DNA of 63,973 bases, filler included, from Octopus bimaculoides (lineage: Eukaryota), in NCBI RefSeq assembly GCF_001194135.2. It is 4 parts of 4 records of this genome, joined end to end, with 100 filler letters (N's around TTAATTAATTAA, not from the genome) between each part and the next. Parts side by side here need not be neighbours in the genome. Positions count along the whole stretch, not along the records: positions 19,215 to 45,473 come from NC_068982.1; 3 more parts are not named here. One strand, given 5' to 3'. Under the pieces are notes generated by a model that made no database searches, was not told the DNA's origin, and saw only the letters and a list, made by a program, of their open reading frames with translations. Of the stretch, positions 25,660 to 38,554 are shown one piece after another (position 1 is the stretch's first letter; the number at the start of each line of letters is the position of its first letter). Made by a program: the position numbers and the translations under genes.

Positions 25660-27790
25660 TTAATGTTTACGAGACATAACTATATTATGTGTCATATCAA
25701 TATACTATATGGACATCAGAAGATTGTCACAACGCAGAAGCAGAATCAAAATTCCCTTTTCCGCAGACCTAGTGGCATGCAATCAAGCCTTATGCAGAGC
25801 ACTCACAGAAACACACGTAAAACTCGACATCGCAGGAGCAGAAATACACGTATGGGAGCATGCATTACGAAGCGACAAGAAAGAAGAGGGTCATGGTGGA
25901 TTGCAATGTACATTGGAGAAGGTCACACGCACCAGATGGTTTAGTATCTGTCTCCGTAAGTTGTAAGGTAAGGCCACTCTTCGAAAATGATGGTTCAACC
26001 GGGTAACCCAATGAGGACGTGTAATTATGTGAAACACTCTGAGAACGAAACTGTTTTCAGCTCACTGTAACAGTACATGCAATTCAGCAAATCTGTAGAA
26101 TTTTTTTTTTTTAAGGGAGCAGTAGAGATTGATTACATCGCCATCAAAGAAAAGAATGTAATCATGGCAATGCATAAAATAGATGCAAAAGCAGCTGCTG
26201 ACCCCTTGGATTCCCAGCAATCCTTCTTGAGTAATGCTAAGGAGCCCTTACAAAACCACTAAAGCTTCTTTTTCAAAGCTTCCTTCCAAGTATTAAGCTC
26301 TGAGGTAAACTGAAGAATGGAATAGCATGCCCTGTTCATAAAGGAGGACGCGGAGCAGATGCTAAAATCTATAGACTTCTCTCTCTCTCTCTCTCTCTCT
26401 CTCACTTCACACATCAGCAAAGTCATGGAATGAATAGTCTAAATGAAACAAATTGCATTCCTTGAAGAGAATGATTTGCAGACTAACACCCAGCACAGTT
26501 TTCGACCAAGTAGAAGCTAACTGACGCAGCCCTTGCAGCAATATGACTGGGTATTAAAGCAGCTACTCAATGGTTTAAACTTGCACGTGATATATCTCGA
26601 CTTTGTGAAACATTTTGATAAAGTCGATCATAGTATGACATGTCACAAGCTGCGCGATCCCGGCATAGTTGAAAAACTTAGAATATGTCTACATGACGTC
26701 CTAAAAGAAAGAATTCAAGTAGTGGTGGCCAGCGAGGACACCTCCAAGGAAGCATAAATATTGTGTGTTATTATCTACAGATGACTGTCTTAGAACTACT
26801 GCTATTCATAATAGCCTTCTCGTACATATGCTCAGCTGCTCAGATAGCCACCCTTGCTAGCAATGCAGATAATACAAAAGTTTCTCAGAAGATACAGAAT
26901 TCTGAAGATGGGCTGAGGAAAATTATATGCAGTTTAATACCGAAAACCTCCAAGTTGCTCGCTACCAACATACAATGCTCAATGAAAACTAGACTGGACA
27001 CACTGGCCTAGAAGGAAATATAGTCCTTAAATCAAAATCAGTGCGCGACAGAGGTATTGGCATGAGTAATATGGCATCTGTCCAGTTGGCAATAAAATGC
27101 AGACTGTTGGCTGCATGGATCCTTACGTCTTACAGAACGAGAGAACAGGAAACCATAATGGTTCTCTGAAGGACATTTGTTCTCCACCGTTTAGATTACT
27201 GTTCTCAACAGTTATCAACAAACAGTGAAATAACTAACGACAGAACTCGAATGCTGTGAAACTATACGAAAATCGTATCACGGCGACATGTCAGTTAGTG
27301 GGAGAGACTGCAAAAGTTAGGACTCTACTCCCTTGAACGAATGTGGGAAAGATTTGAAGTGATACACGTTAGAAAAGTCCGAGAAGAACTTGAATCTCAA
27401 AATTTGGCATGGAAAGTTTTACAAACAGTAGATTAGGACGACCCCGCGTAGTTCCCAAAATCACAACATTCCACCAAGATACAGGACCTGATACTACAAC
27501 ACCTTGGGTTTCAAGGACCCATAACCCTTGAATATCCTCCTGCAAAGCCCAGACAGACGTACCTGGGGTAGGTGCAGGGGGTCTTCAAAACAACGCTGGA
27601 CCTCCGCTCGTCGAGTTGTGGATAAATGTTCCTCGCGGTAAGAAACTTAGATGAGGACAGTAATATCAAACTCCCTCATTCACTAAAATGCCACATATTA
27701 GAGGAGATTTAGTGAACGTGTAGCAAAACTAACGACGGTGCTCCAGCATGGCTCCGCCCTCAATCGGAGGCTATAAGGAAGTACCATCGA
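25660..27790 (+). mobile_element. Decayed CR1-clade LINE ORF2 (APE endonuclease and RT) with 3' UTR
   Basis: ALTETHVKLDIAGAEIH...RSDKKEEGHGG..AMYI (APE); PVHKGG..., HISKVME, VIYLDFVKHFDKVDH, ADNTK (RT); many stops and frameshifts. Confidence 0.85.
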
Positions 27791-29684
27791 AAATCGAGGG
27801 TCTCTCTAGCATTGTGTTAGCACAGAAAATATGACTTTGTACATGAAATATCAATATGGGAAACATGGACTTTTAGATGAAGAGCCCAACTTTGTCAGTG
27901 AGATCTGTAACAGTAACTGGAAGACGAAGCTATTAGAAGGAACTATGTTGCAGAGATTATGAGTGACAAAATCATTCCGAAAACTGGTGAATGGGCCCTG
28001 GCTACACTTCGCATGGCATACACAATTGTGTGTATATGTATATCCGTCTGTATGTCGGTGAGTGTATTTGGGTACGTTATTTGTAAACTCCTCATTGTGT
28101 GTGTGGGGGGGGGTGTCCGTGTGCATATACAGATATATACAGTGCATCAAATTATGTAAGCACTCAGAAATGAAACATCAAAATGCATCAGTATTTGCTC
28201 CATATAATCCCAATTTTCCAGCATTTATATAATAAACAGCATTATCGTACATAAATAGCGTTAAACGCAACGTTATATTTGAATTGTTATTGAGGAAGTA
28301 CACCATGGGAAATCATGTATTCAGTTTTCTTATCTGCCATTGTTCTGGTGTAAGAAACATGTATTTTGCAAAGAGACAATTCTTATAGCAGCCTGAAATA
28401 ATTAGCTGTGTCAGAAATACACAATGGAGTAGATAAAAGGGAGATTTTGCTTTTTTACATATGCATATGTATCTACGTTCATGTTTTTATCAAATGTTTG
28501 TACATATTTGAATGCATCTATTGTTCCTCTCTCCCATTCCTTCTTTCTTTCACTCTCCGCCTCTTTATCTTTATATATATATATATATATGCAATTATTA
28601 TCTATGCAGTCTTCCACTATCATTGAATTTGGAATTCCTTATTACAGCTTATCAACGAAATAGTTGCAGAGTTAAACCGTAATGCGACAGACAATAATTG
28701 TTTAAAGATAGACTAACATTTCGAAATTGGTGAATTTGCAGAAGATTACGTGTGACGAGATAAACGGAAATATAAAAATAAAAGAATTAAATTATGTTTA
28801 TCACAAAGAATATACTGCACTTATTGTAGCAACCCAATGAGCATGTGTCTTTTAGGTCATGCATTGTGAAAGTTATAGTAGCAAATTTTCTTAAGAAACA
28901 CAATCTTCATTTTGATAGATGACATTTTGATTAATATCGTATGGAGTTTATCTAAAAAATAAAACAAAAACAAAATATATATGGCTGTGACATACAAGAC
29001 ACAACTGCACAACCGGAAGAGAGGTGTGTCGTTGTTAACGTATATGAGCATACTTCTACATTTAATGTTTAACCAAAAGTGAATTCAGGAGTGTAATTAT
29101 ACGATTATATGTTATACATGGTATTATCAACATAGCTGTTATCATCACCGTGAGCACTTTCGATTAATCTCTTCCATGCTTGCAAGCCACGTGATGATTT
29201 TCTCTGTACTCATATAACATGTTGCTGAAGAAAGAAAAAAGATACGGAAGTGACGGGATCTCTAGAGTGATGACATTTCAGTGAGGACAGTTCATTAGAA
29301 TAAATACTGTAATCTCCCCTGAAGTAAACTTTGTTAAACCAGCTTTAGCATTACTTATACAACACGTACCTTTTACGTTTAGCTATCATACTTTATTTTT
29401 CCATGAATTCAATGCTTCTTGTTTAATGTGATTACACATTATTAATGTCACATTTTCTTAGAATGCTTTAGGATAGTGTGTGATGATGTCAAGAATTTAC
29501 AAACATGAACTAGTAATGTAAATTCAATATTGATTTAACAGAATATTATGTCAAGATACAAATTGTGGATCTATGTTATATATTGTTAAATAATATCAAA
29601 GCAAAAAATGCACGAGAAATTGTCCCTCCTTAGAATAATTGGTTGTAAACTTTATCTGCATTCATACGACACTTTTTACAACAG

Positions 29685-29789
29685 GCAATAATTTGGCACC
29701 ACTAAACCGAACAGAAAACATCATCAATTTTATTAAACAGTGGAAGTGCAATATGCAATGTCAGGTCTATCATCCAAGTTACAATATAG
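29685..29789 (+). CDS. Candidate phase 1-1 exon (NNLAPLNRTENIINFIKQWKCNMQCQVYHPSYNI), product unknown
   Basis: Acceptor ACTTTTTACAACAG, donor AG|GTAAAT, 105 nt, only one open frame; no recognised domain. Confidence 0.3.
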
Positions 29790-30198
29790 GTAAATATATA
29801 CACCTGCACCCCCGCTAGCAGACTTATTTCCATGCCAGGTGAAATGCTTAGAGGTGTTGCAAATGTCTTAACGTCCAAATTACACCGAAGTCGATTTTTA
29901 CTTTTATCGTTTCGAGGTCGAATAGTAAGTGCCACTTGCCGATGTAATTGACCTATTCATTCCTGGGTATGAGCATAGAAATAATTCACTCGTTTGGAAA
30001 ACCATATCACACGAGTGTGGAAGGGAATGCTCATCAAATCAGAATGACCTCAAGCTCAATATCACGATCTGCTCATCAGATCACGGTTGGTGAAGAAAAC
30101 ATGCCGACGCTTTCGTCCTGCACTGAACATAGCATCGGCAATCCAATCCAATGCATTTACATACATTCATGCATACATACGAACGTAGTACGTGTGTG

Positions 30199-30230
<32 letters not shown>

Positions 30231-31321
30231 TGTATGTATGTATGTATGTATGTATGTATGTTTGTATGTATGTATGTATTATATATATATATATATGTAT
30301 GTTGGTGTGTGTATAATTATCTATCGTCTAAATGTACAATTTCAGGAACTGAATGCTTTCTTTAGTGACCTCTTTTAAGTGGATTCTTAATGACATGAAA
30401 ATAAGTAAAGACAAATTTACAAATTTCCTTATGCATAACCAGACCCAGAACGGAAGGAGAATCAAATATTGATCATGTCTAACGTAAAAACTCATGTGTA
30501 GTCAGAGAGAGACCAACTTTTACTGAGCACTATTTGAAAACAGCACTAAATCGCATCAAATGGAGTTAACTTGCTATAACGATTAGCGCAACCGAAATTG
30601 GTCGACTGTATAAATATTTTATTTCCTATATATCTGTAAAGGAAATACGTAGAAAATAGTAAGGAGCGTTTTCACTAGAAATGTGTGAAAGTGCGTGCTA
30701 CCGTATGGAGTAGATATAAAAAGATGAGAAGGGAAAATTTACGCATTTTTCCGAGTTTCTTGTGTACTACTCAGAGACGTTTGCATGAATTTAACTAATC
30801 CCAGAGAAACAACGAGCTAATCAGTATTTACGCTCAATAAATCCAGTTGGTTCAGAGAACTAGATCTAATAAATTGCATACCGAGTTTAAGATTTTATTA
30901 AGTATCAGGGGTCTGTCGACGTGGATCTGCATCCGCATATTATCATGGTATGATATTATAATATATATAGCGTATGGAGTAGATATATAAACAGGGCAAG
31001 TTTATCTATTTCTCCAGGTATTGAAAAATGACGAACAGCCTTTGTGAATCTGATCAGACTCCCTTCAGCGTCAACAACATTACTTTGCATAATTTCAGGG
31101 ATATAAGTTGCCAATATGTTTATATATTCAAGAAGTTCAGAAACGTGGTAGCTATAGTGAATTGTAAATTCTTCACAGCCTTGGTTTTTTATNNNNNNNN
31201 NNNNNNNNNNNNNNNNNNNNNNNNNNNNNNNNNNNNNNNNNNNNNNNNNNNNNNNNNNNNNNNNNNNNNNNNNNNNNNNNNNNNNNNNNNNNNNNNNNNN
31301 NNNNNNNNNNNNNNNNNNNNN

Positions 31322-31360
<39 letters not shown>

Positions 31361-31559
31361 CGAGAAAGATAGGGAGATAGATAGATAGATAGAGAGAGAG
31401 ATTAGAGACGGGTATTCTCTATATAGAATACACTTCGTAGTACTCAAGAGATTTGAACTTGAAGAGGTAGGGGAGTTTATATAAGGATAAGAAAGTTAGG
31501 AAAGTCGATTTACGTAGAATATTAAATACATTCAATACGAAAAATGAACATATGTATGC

Positions 31560-31800
31560 ATATAAATGATATCAGGAATTAAATGGGTTGAGTTTTACGA
31601 ATTAAAGAGCTGTTTCTGAGGGTTTCGTGGTCCGGAATAATGATAGTTATTTGTTTCCATTATCGGATAACACCACCTCCGTCTTCATGCGAGAATTTGA
31701 CATTTGAGGCGTTGAGAGGATGGAGTTGAAAGATGGAATGATCGTGTAGAGAACGAAGTGTATTAGGAACGGGAGTTGATGGGTGTTTAGATAGAAAGCA
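31560..31800 (-). mobile_element. Possible degenerate Penelope-like linker remnant
   Basis: Weak similarity (FLSKHP...SIF..LNASNVKFS) to the PLE segment at 57700-57800. Confidence 0.25.
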
Positions 31801-32395
31801 GGGGAAGAAAAAAGATTTCGAAGTTAGGGTTAATAATGAAGCTGATGATAGTAGTAGAGGTGGGAGGTGGGAGGTGGGAGGAAGGAGGAAGAGTGCTTAA
31901 GGTAGTATGTGAATGATGACTTTTGTGTTAGTTTGTATGAAGGCTAGAGACTTGATGTTTGAGATAGTTAAAAGAGATGGTTATTAATCGAGAGAAATGA
32001 GTTGACTGGTTCCGTCGCTGACCGGGGATAAAATGATGGTAAAAATTAGTCGTTGGTACGACACAGGAACTGGGTGAGTATTGGGGGGGAGTGTTATGAT
32101 AAGGAGAGAAATATGAAATTGAATAGAGTATATACACATTAATGGATTTATGCATATATAATAGAGAATATATGGGCGTTTTCCTGAGCTTGTTATGTAT
32201 TTTTTGTTCAATTTTCTATGAGATTGAAAATAATTTATCGTAAACGTAACACCCCACGCTAATACACAGACATACCAATATTCAGAGAAACACAGGCACA
32301 CACAAACACACATGCGCACGAATTTTATCATTAAAAAACACCATTCATTTTCTCCCGGCGTTACCTGTATCTTTATCACATATAAAACCAGGCAT

Positions 32396-32455
<60 letters not shown>

Positions 32456-32830
32456 ACCTTTAATAAAATATATCCAAATCCTATATTTTTAATCTAATTT
32501 TAATTGAAAAATGCCACCTTTGACCTGACTCCTAAATATACATTGCTATTCTAATTATATCCATTTAAATTCTAATTTCTCAAACAAATATTTTCGGTTT
32601 CTCAAACATTCAGTCATTTATAACTGGATAGACAAGCATCAGCATTCACGAAAGCATTGACCGTTTTCGTAAGAATCGACTTCAAATTTTACTTCTTAAA
32701 TGAACATTTAAATTAATATCCTCACAATCCAACACACTTCTAATTTATGAGTAAGCATAAAATAATACGTATAAGCTGGAACTCAAGCTCGTCCATTCTC
32801 TTAATATTCACACAAATGTATGTTAAAATA

Positions 32831-33210
32831 TGTGGAGCCAAAATGGACCAGAGGTTAGGAGAACAAACTCGCGGTCGTAGGATCACGGTTTCGATTCCCA
32901 GACCGGGTGTTGTGAGTGTTTATTGAGCGAACAAACCTAAAGTTCCTAAGGCTCCAGCAGAGGGTGGTGGCGAACCCTGCTGTACTCTTTCACTACAACT
33001 TTCTCTCACTCTATCTTCCTGTTTCTGGTGTGCCTGTATTTCAAAGGCCAACCTTGTCATACTCTGTGTCACGCTGAATCTCCCTGAGAACTACGTTAAG
33101 AGCACACGTGTCAGTGGAATGCTCAGCCACGTGTACGTTAATTTCACGAGCAGGCTACTCCGTTGATATTATCAACTGGATCACTCGTCGTCGTAACCGA
33201 CGGAGTGCCA
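32831..33210 (+). mobile_element. SINE family C, full-length diverged copy
   Basis: tRNA-like head (GGTTTCGATTCCC B box), GTTTATTGAGCGAA..., 3' end GTCGTCGTAACCGACGGAGTGCCA. Confidence 0.85.
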
Positions 33211-33419
33211 TGAATGTATGTTAAAATCTAACATTCAACTACAAAATAATCAACAACTCTCACTTCACAGAATAAAAAAAATGATAATCATTAGTCAAAC
33301 AGTAGTGAGGTAATGTGTAACACGCTTATACTAACATCGCCAATAAAGGAATATTTCTGAATATTTCTAATGTAAATCAAATAACAAAAATAAAAGAGTA
33401 ACTGAAGATCGAAGACACA

Positions 33420-33917
33420 CACACATTATCTTTCTCGTTTTCTGTGACAATTTCTTGCCTGTGCCTATACCATCATTTTTCTGCTGTTATTCCATAGTTT
33501 TGGCATAGCTTCCAGTGTATGTAGGTCCCAGCTCTGTCGTGTCTGTGAATATATACCTTCTTAGCCAGGACTGGGCAGCCAGAGATAATATGATTTATTG
33601 TTTCTTGTCTATCGCCACATATTCTACAGTTATTTGTTATGTTTTTTCATTATATGTTTTTGGTAATTTCTGGTGGGGAGGCTTTGGTCTTCTGCTGCAA
33701 GTAAAAATTCTTCAATCTCTGTTTTGAGTCCTGAGCTTCTCAACCGTTGCTGGGACTTTCTCTGTCTATTTATTTTGCATTTAGTATAGCCCAGTATTTA
33801 CCATGTAGAGGATGTTCATGCCATCGTTTTATCATGGTCAGTCGTTGTTCTAGTTTTAGTTTGGATTTCATTTGTTTTATAGCTTCTTCTTCTTCTTCTT
33901 CTTCTTCTTCTTCTTCT

Positions 33918-33964
<47 letters not shown>

Positions 33965-34297
33965 TTCTTCTTCTTCTTCTTCTTCTTCTTCTTCTTCTTC
34001 TTCTTCTTCTTCTTCTTCTTCTTCTTCTTCTTCTTCTTCATATCTGTTAGGTACTATGACTTGTTTTTTGTGTTTGTCAGCTTCCTTAAATACTGAAAAC
34101 AGTTTTTTTTTGTTTTGCTCGTGTTTTGTAACTTTTTGTATTAGTCTTCCTTGCTTCTGAAGTAGGTATTTTTGAAGTCCTATAGTGATTATTTTGTAAC
34201 AGTTTTCCAGCTGTATAAGGCCTCTACCAACTTCTATACGTCGTATATATAGCCTTTCTATGTCAGATTTTGGGTGATGCATCCTAGATCCTCTCAT
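33420..34297 (-). mobile_element. 5'-truncated R4/Dong-like (RLE-type) non-LTR retrotransposon remnant
   Basis: HHPKSDIERLYIRRIEVGRGLIQLE, WHEHPLHGKY and CCHC knuckle CRICGDRQETINHIISGCPVLA..YIHRHD; in-frame (GAA)n expansion at 33883-34039; 5' junction abuts an ATT/TAG tract. Confidence 0.8.
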
Positions 34298-34363
34298 TAT
34301 TTTTCATGTTTTCCTTTCTAGGTATTATTATTATCATCATCATCATCGTCGTTATTATTTTTA

Positions 34364-34462
<99 letters not shown>

Positions 34463-34509
34463 ATATAGATGTTATTACTATTATTTATGTTATTTTTTCT
34501 ACTTATATG

Positions 34510-35330
34510 TAAAGGTGTCCAGTTTTTCATTGTTAATTGAGGAAATCTAGGTTATGTGTTAGACTATATCCTATTCGTATTGTTTTGTTATTGGTTATCT
34601 CGCAACATTAATGTTTTTCCATTTCTAAAATGTTTGTTAATTAAACTAAAAAGTGGTTTGACTATATTATTCTTGATTTGCGTAGCGAAATGGATTATTA
34701 GCCATATAGCATCTATTTCATTGTTTCCTTTATTAGGGTTACTTATACTATGTGTAAAGTCTCTGTTATTATTCTGATTTTAAATTTATATTTAACAACA
34801 CTATTTTTTAATGATTTCTACTATTATTACTAATGATTGTATTATTGTTATTATTATTTTTGTTGTTGTTGCTGTTATGTCTATTATTATTTTTTATGCG
34901 TTGTCTTAGCGTATTTTTAATATTTCTTCTTTTATTATTGTTATTTTTATATTTATATTTGGTAGTGTTATATTTGTCTAAATTTCGAGGGTTGGGGATA
35001 GTAACTCTATCCTGGCTATTATAGTTAATATTATTAGGAGGTATTAAATTTTACCTTTATATCCTGCATTTTTAGTGGTATATTGTATATTTCCTTATGT
35101 TTACTATATCTTCATTAGAGGAAAGGTTTGAAATTCTTTTACTTATATTTAGTAGTAGGGATGTTTTTATTTTGGAGGGATGGTAACTAGAATTATTTTT
35201 ATATCTTAATGGAGTCCAGTAAAATTTGCATCTAAATAGTATATAGAAGAGTTTTCGTTTTCTAATTGTTTTTTTAATTAATAAATAAATAGACATAATA
35301 TAATGTCTAAAAGTTTATTTATACCACCTC
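34510..35330 (-). mobile_element. Highly degenerate LINE ORF2 remnant (endonuclease-RT linker)
   Basis: Frameshifted similarity to the NYRPISL motif near 34540 and a GNNEIDAIWL segment; very AT-rich. Confidence 0.25.
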
Positions 35331-35356
35331 TTGATCCCCTCCATTTTCTTCTTGCC

Positions 35357-35393
<37 letters not shown>

Positions 35394-35914
35394 ACCTTCG
35401 ACATAGTAACAGTCATATATACAACTTAAACTCACAAATCAGCACATGAGTATACGTCTACATGTACGTACACATATACATACAGACACAAGTCTACACA
35501 CTTACTTAAATACTCAAACACATACGTATGTACATAAATGCATAAATACATACGTAAAGGCGTATAAGCCTGCACGCATTTACACATATCAATACGCACG
35601 CACTTGTATTCACAAATATACGCGCATACATACAAGCATACCTACATACATACATACATACATACATACATACATACATACGTACACACATACATACATG
35701 CACACATACACATATACATACATACATATCATGAACAACTGTTACGTTCTCACATGCAGCACAGAATTTTTGTCAGCGAACAGGTCGTGGTTCCAAAGCG
35801 ACAAATATATATATNNNNNNNNNNNNNNNNNNNNNNNNNNNNNNNNNNNNNNNNNNNNNNNNNNNNNNNNNNNNNNNNNNNNNNNNNNNNNNNNNNNNNN
35901 NNNNNNNNNNNNNN

Positions 35915-35948
<34 letters not shown>

Positions 35949-36644
35949 ATGTATGTATGTATATGCATGTATATATGTGTCTATAAATATATAAATATAT
36001 ATGTTGATATATGCATATGTGTATACACAGCTATATATCTATTACTGTACCTGTTTGTACTCATGTCATTTAAATATTTCTAATACTATTGTATAAATAC
36101 TTTTGCGAACACTTACAATAAGAGGCTTTTAATAATGAATGTTAACAAATTGTTGAAATCTTAACAACATGTACTAAACTGTCTTCGCTGTCAGGAAAAA
36201 AAAACAACTTTTCTTTGTGTGATATAGATAAAAAAAAGATATACTTTATAATCTTGATAGCAAATCCATATGATAAACTGACAAACTTTGTGGTATGATA
36301 TGACATGATGTTAATCCGGATTCAAAATCTTTTCGGTAAAGAAGAGATATAAAAAATGTGAATATTATAAACCTATTATATTCTTATGCATCTTGGGGTA
36401 TGTATCAACAGTACTTTGTTTGATTCTGAATGCTGATGAGAAGCAAATTAAAATCTTCATATTTTTTTAGTTACATATTGTCAGAGAAAATGTTACAGAG
36501 CAACGTCAGAAACGATAGCTCCACAATAAACTTTTATAAATACACTTCTATAAATATGTTTCCTATCAACTACATATCTATTTATATATACACACGCATT
36601 TACAGACACGCACACACATACACACAAACACACACTCGCACGTG

Positions 36645-36675
<31 letters not shown>

Positions 36676-36719
36676 CTTTGTATATATATATGTGTATATG
36701 TGTACATAAATGCATATAT

Positions 36720-36844
36720 TGGCGCAAGCATGGCTGGGTAGTAAGAAGCTTGATCGCGAACCACGGATCCAGGAAAGCTTTGTAAGCGGATTGGGTAGAC
36801 GTAAACTGAAAGAAGCCCGTCGTATATACGTATATGTTTATATG

Positions 36845-36901
<57 letters not shown>

Positions 36902-37100
36902 TTGGTGTGTTTATGTGTGCGTCACCACACCTTCGCTTCAGAACCTATGTTGTTGTGTTTACACACCAGCAACCTAGCGATTTGTCAAAACCGAGCGATA
37001 GAATAAGTGCTAGCCTTACAAGGAATAAACCCTAGGATCGAATTGTTCGACTAAATGTAGTGTTCCACCATGGCCACAATCAAATGACTGGAACTAGTAA
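36720..37100 (+). mobile_element. SINE family B, diverged copy
   Basis: GGCGCAAGCATGGCTGGGTAGTAAG...GTAGACGTAAACTGAAAGAAGCCCGTCGTATA...GATAGAATAAGTGCTAG. Confidence 0.8.
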
Positions 37101-37109
37101 ATGAATAAA

Positions 37110-37140
<31 letters not shown>

Positions 37141-37269
37141 CCCACACACACACACACACACACATACAAACATATATATATATGTATGTATATATACATA
37201 TATGTATATGTGTTTCTTTTCACCGTTCATTCTTTCCTGCCTTAGTTTGTGTTTGTCACCTTGGAATCC

Positions 37270-37450
37270 TCTGTTTAGTGGATCAATCCACTACTCAGGA
37301 AGAGACTATTCTAGAGTGCGTTCTGCTTTATCTTCGAAACGCGTAGTTAGAATAGAGGCAGCTGATGAAGGAATAATTCCAAGTCGCTATCTGTTTTCCT
37401 ATTTGTTCGTTCCGTTGTCTGTAGTTCATTTTTCTAACGTCCTGTACCCT
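37270..37450 (+). mobile_element. Penelope pLTR-like segment with two degenerate hammerhead-like motifs
   Basis: CT(C)AGGAAGAG...TCTTCGAAACGCGTAG followed by GCTGATGAAGGAATAATTCC. Confidence 0.4.
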
Positions 37451-38364
37451 GATATGCATCTATATACATATGTAGATGTATGTACATATATATGTGTATA
37501 CATGCATATATATTCTTTGTATTATTATCATTAGTGCCACCTATTGTAAGAGGCTCCCTGTAATAACAGTGTAGCAACACGGTGGTGCATCAGCATGGCC
37601 GCAGCTCTGAGCTGAAACTTAAAATAAAAGAAATATATATATATATACATATATATGTATATGTGTGTGTAAATACATAGAATATATATATATGTATGTA
37701 TACAGACACACAGACATAAATACTTCGCTATGTAGTTAGCATTCAAAGATATATACATGCATATATTGTTTCACAAATATCTCCTGCTTTTTAATTTAAA
37801 ATCATTCATAGTTTGTATAGAAATTTGAAAGCAAATATATAGACAACATTTCCATCTTTACTTCATTAAATTGAACTCTTAAAACACCATACTTTTTACC
37901 CTCCATCCCCCTCTCTTTCTTTCGGTCTTTTCGTTTATCTGTCTCTCGCTCTCTCTGTCTCCTCATTTGACTATGGAAAATAGTATAATATTGAGGCACA
38001 TAAATCCGAGTCAGGAAAATATCACTGTTAAATACGCGTGGGAATCAATATATAGTATGGAATCTTATTTACAGTCTTTTCACTTTTCACCGTTGTTTTT
38101 TATCTTATGAAAATACTCTTGTGTTTGCACATTTACCGTTTTCGAATCGACCCCAAATTTTAATGAAACGTGTGTATGCGTATATTCGTTTAAATAGTTA
38201 GCTTACTTAACGCGAAAAGAAGCGGTGCTGTTTCGATTCCCACGCATACTAGTACTCACCTTTTTCCGCGGTGAAATTCTATGTCCCAGACGTGTCATAA
38301 ACTGCTGGAAGTGAAATCCATGTTTATTCATATGTAGGAGAGTGTATTTCTATCATTCTTTTTC

Positions 38365-38554
<190 letters not shown>

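Noticed and set aside
25663-25966. Unique-looking ORFs as host exons
   Set aside because: Switching frames reconstructs a CR1 APE endonuclease motif set
28303-28348. Signal-peptide-like MYSVFLSAIVL before GTAAGA
   Set aside because: Phase 2 donor is incompatible with the phase-1 exons nearby, and no supporting downstream exon was found
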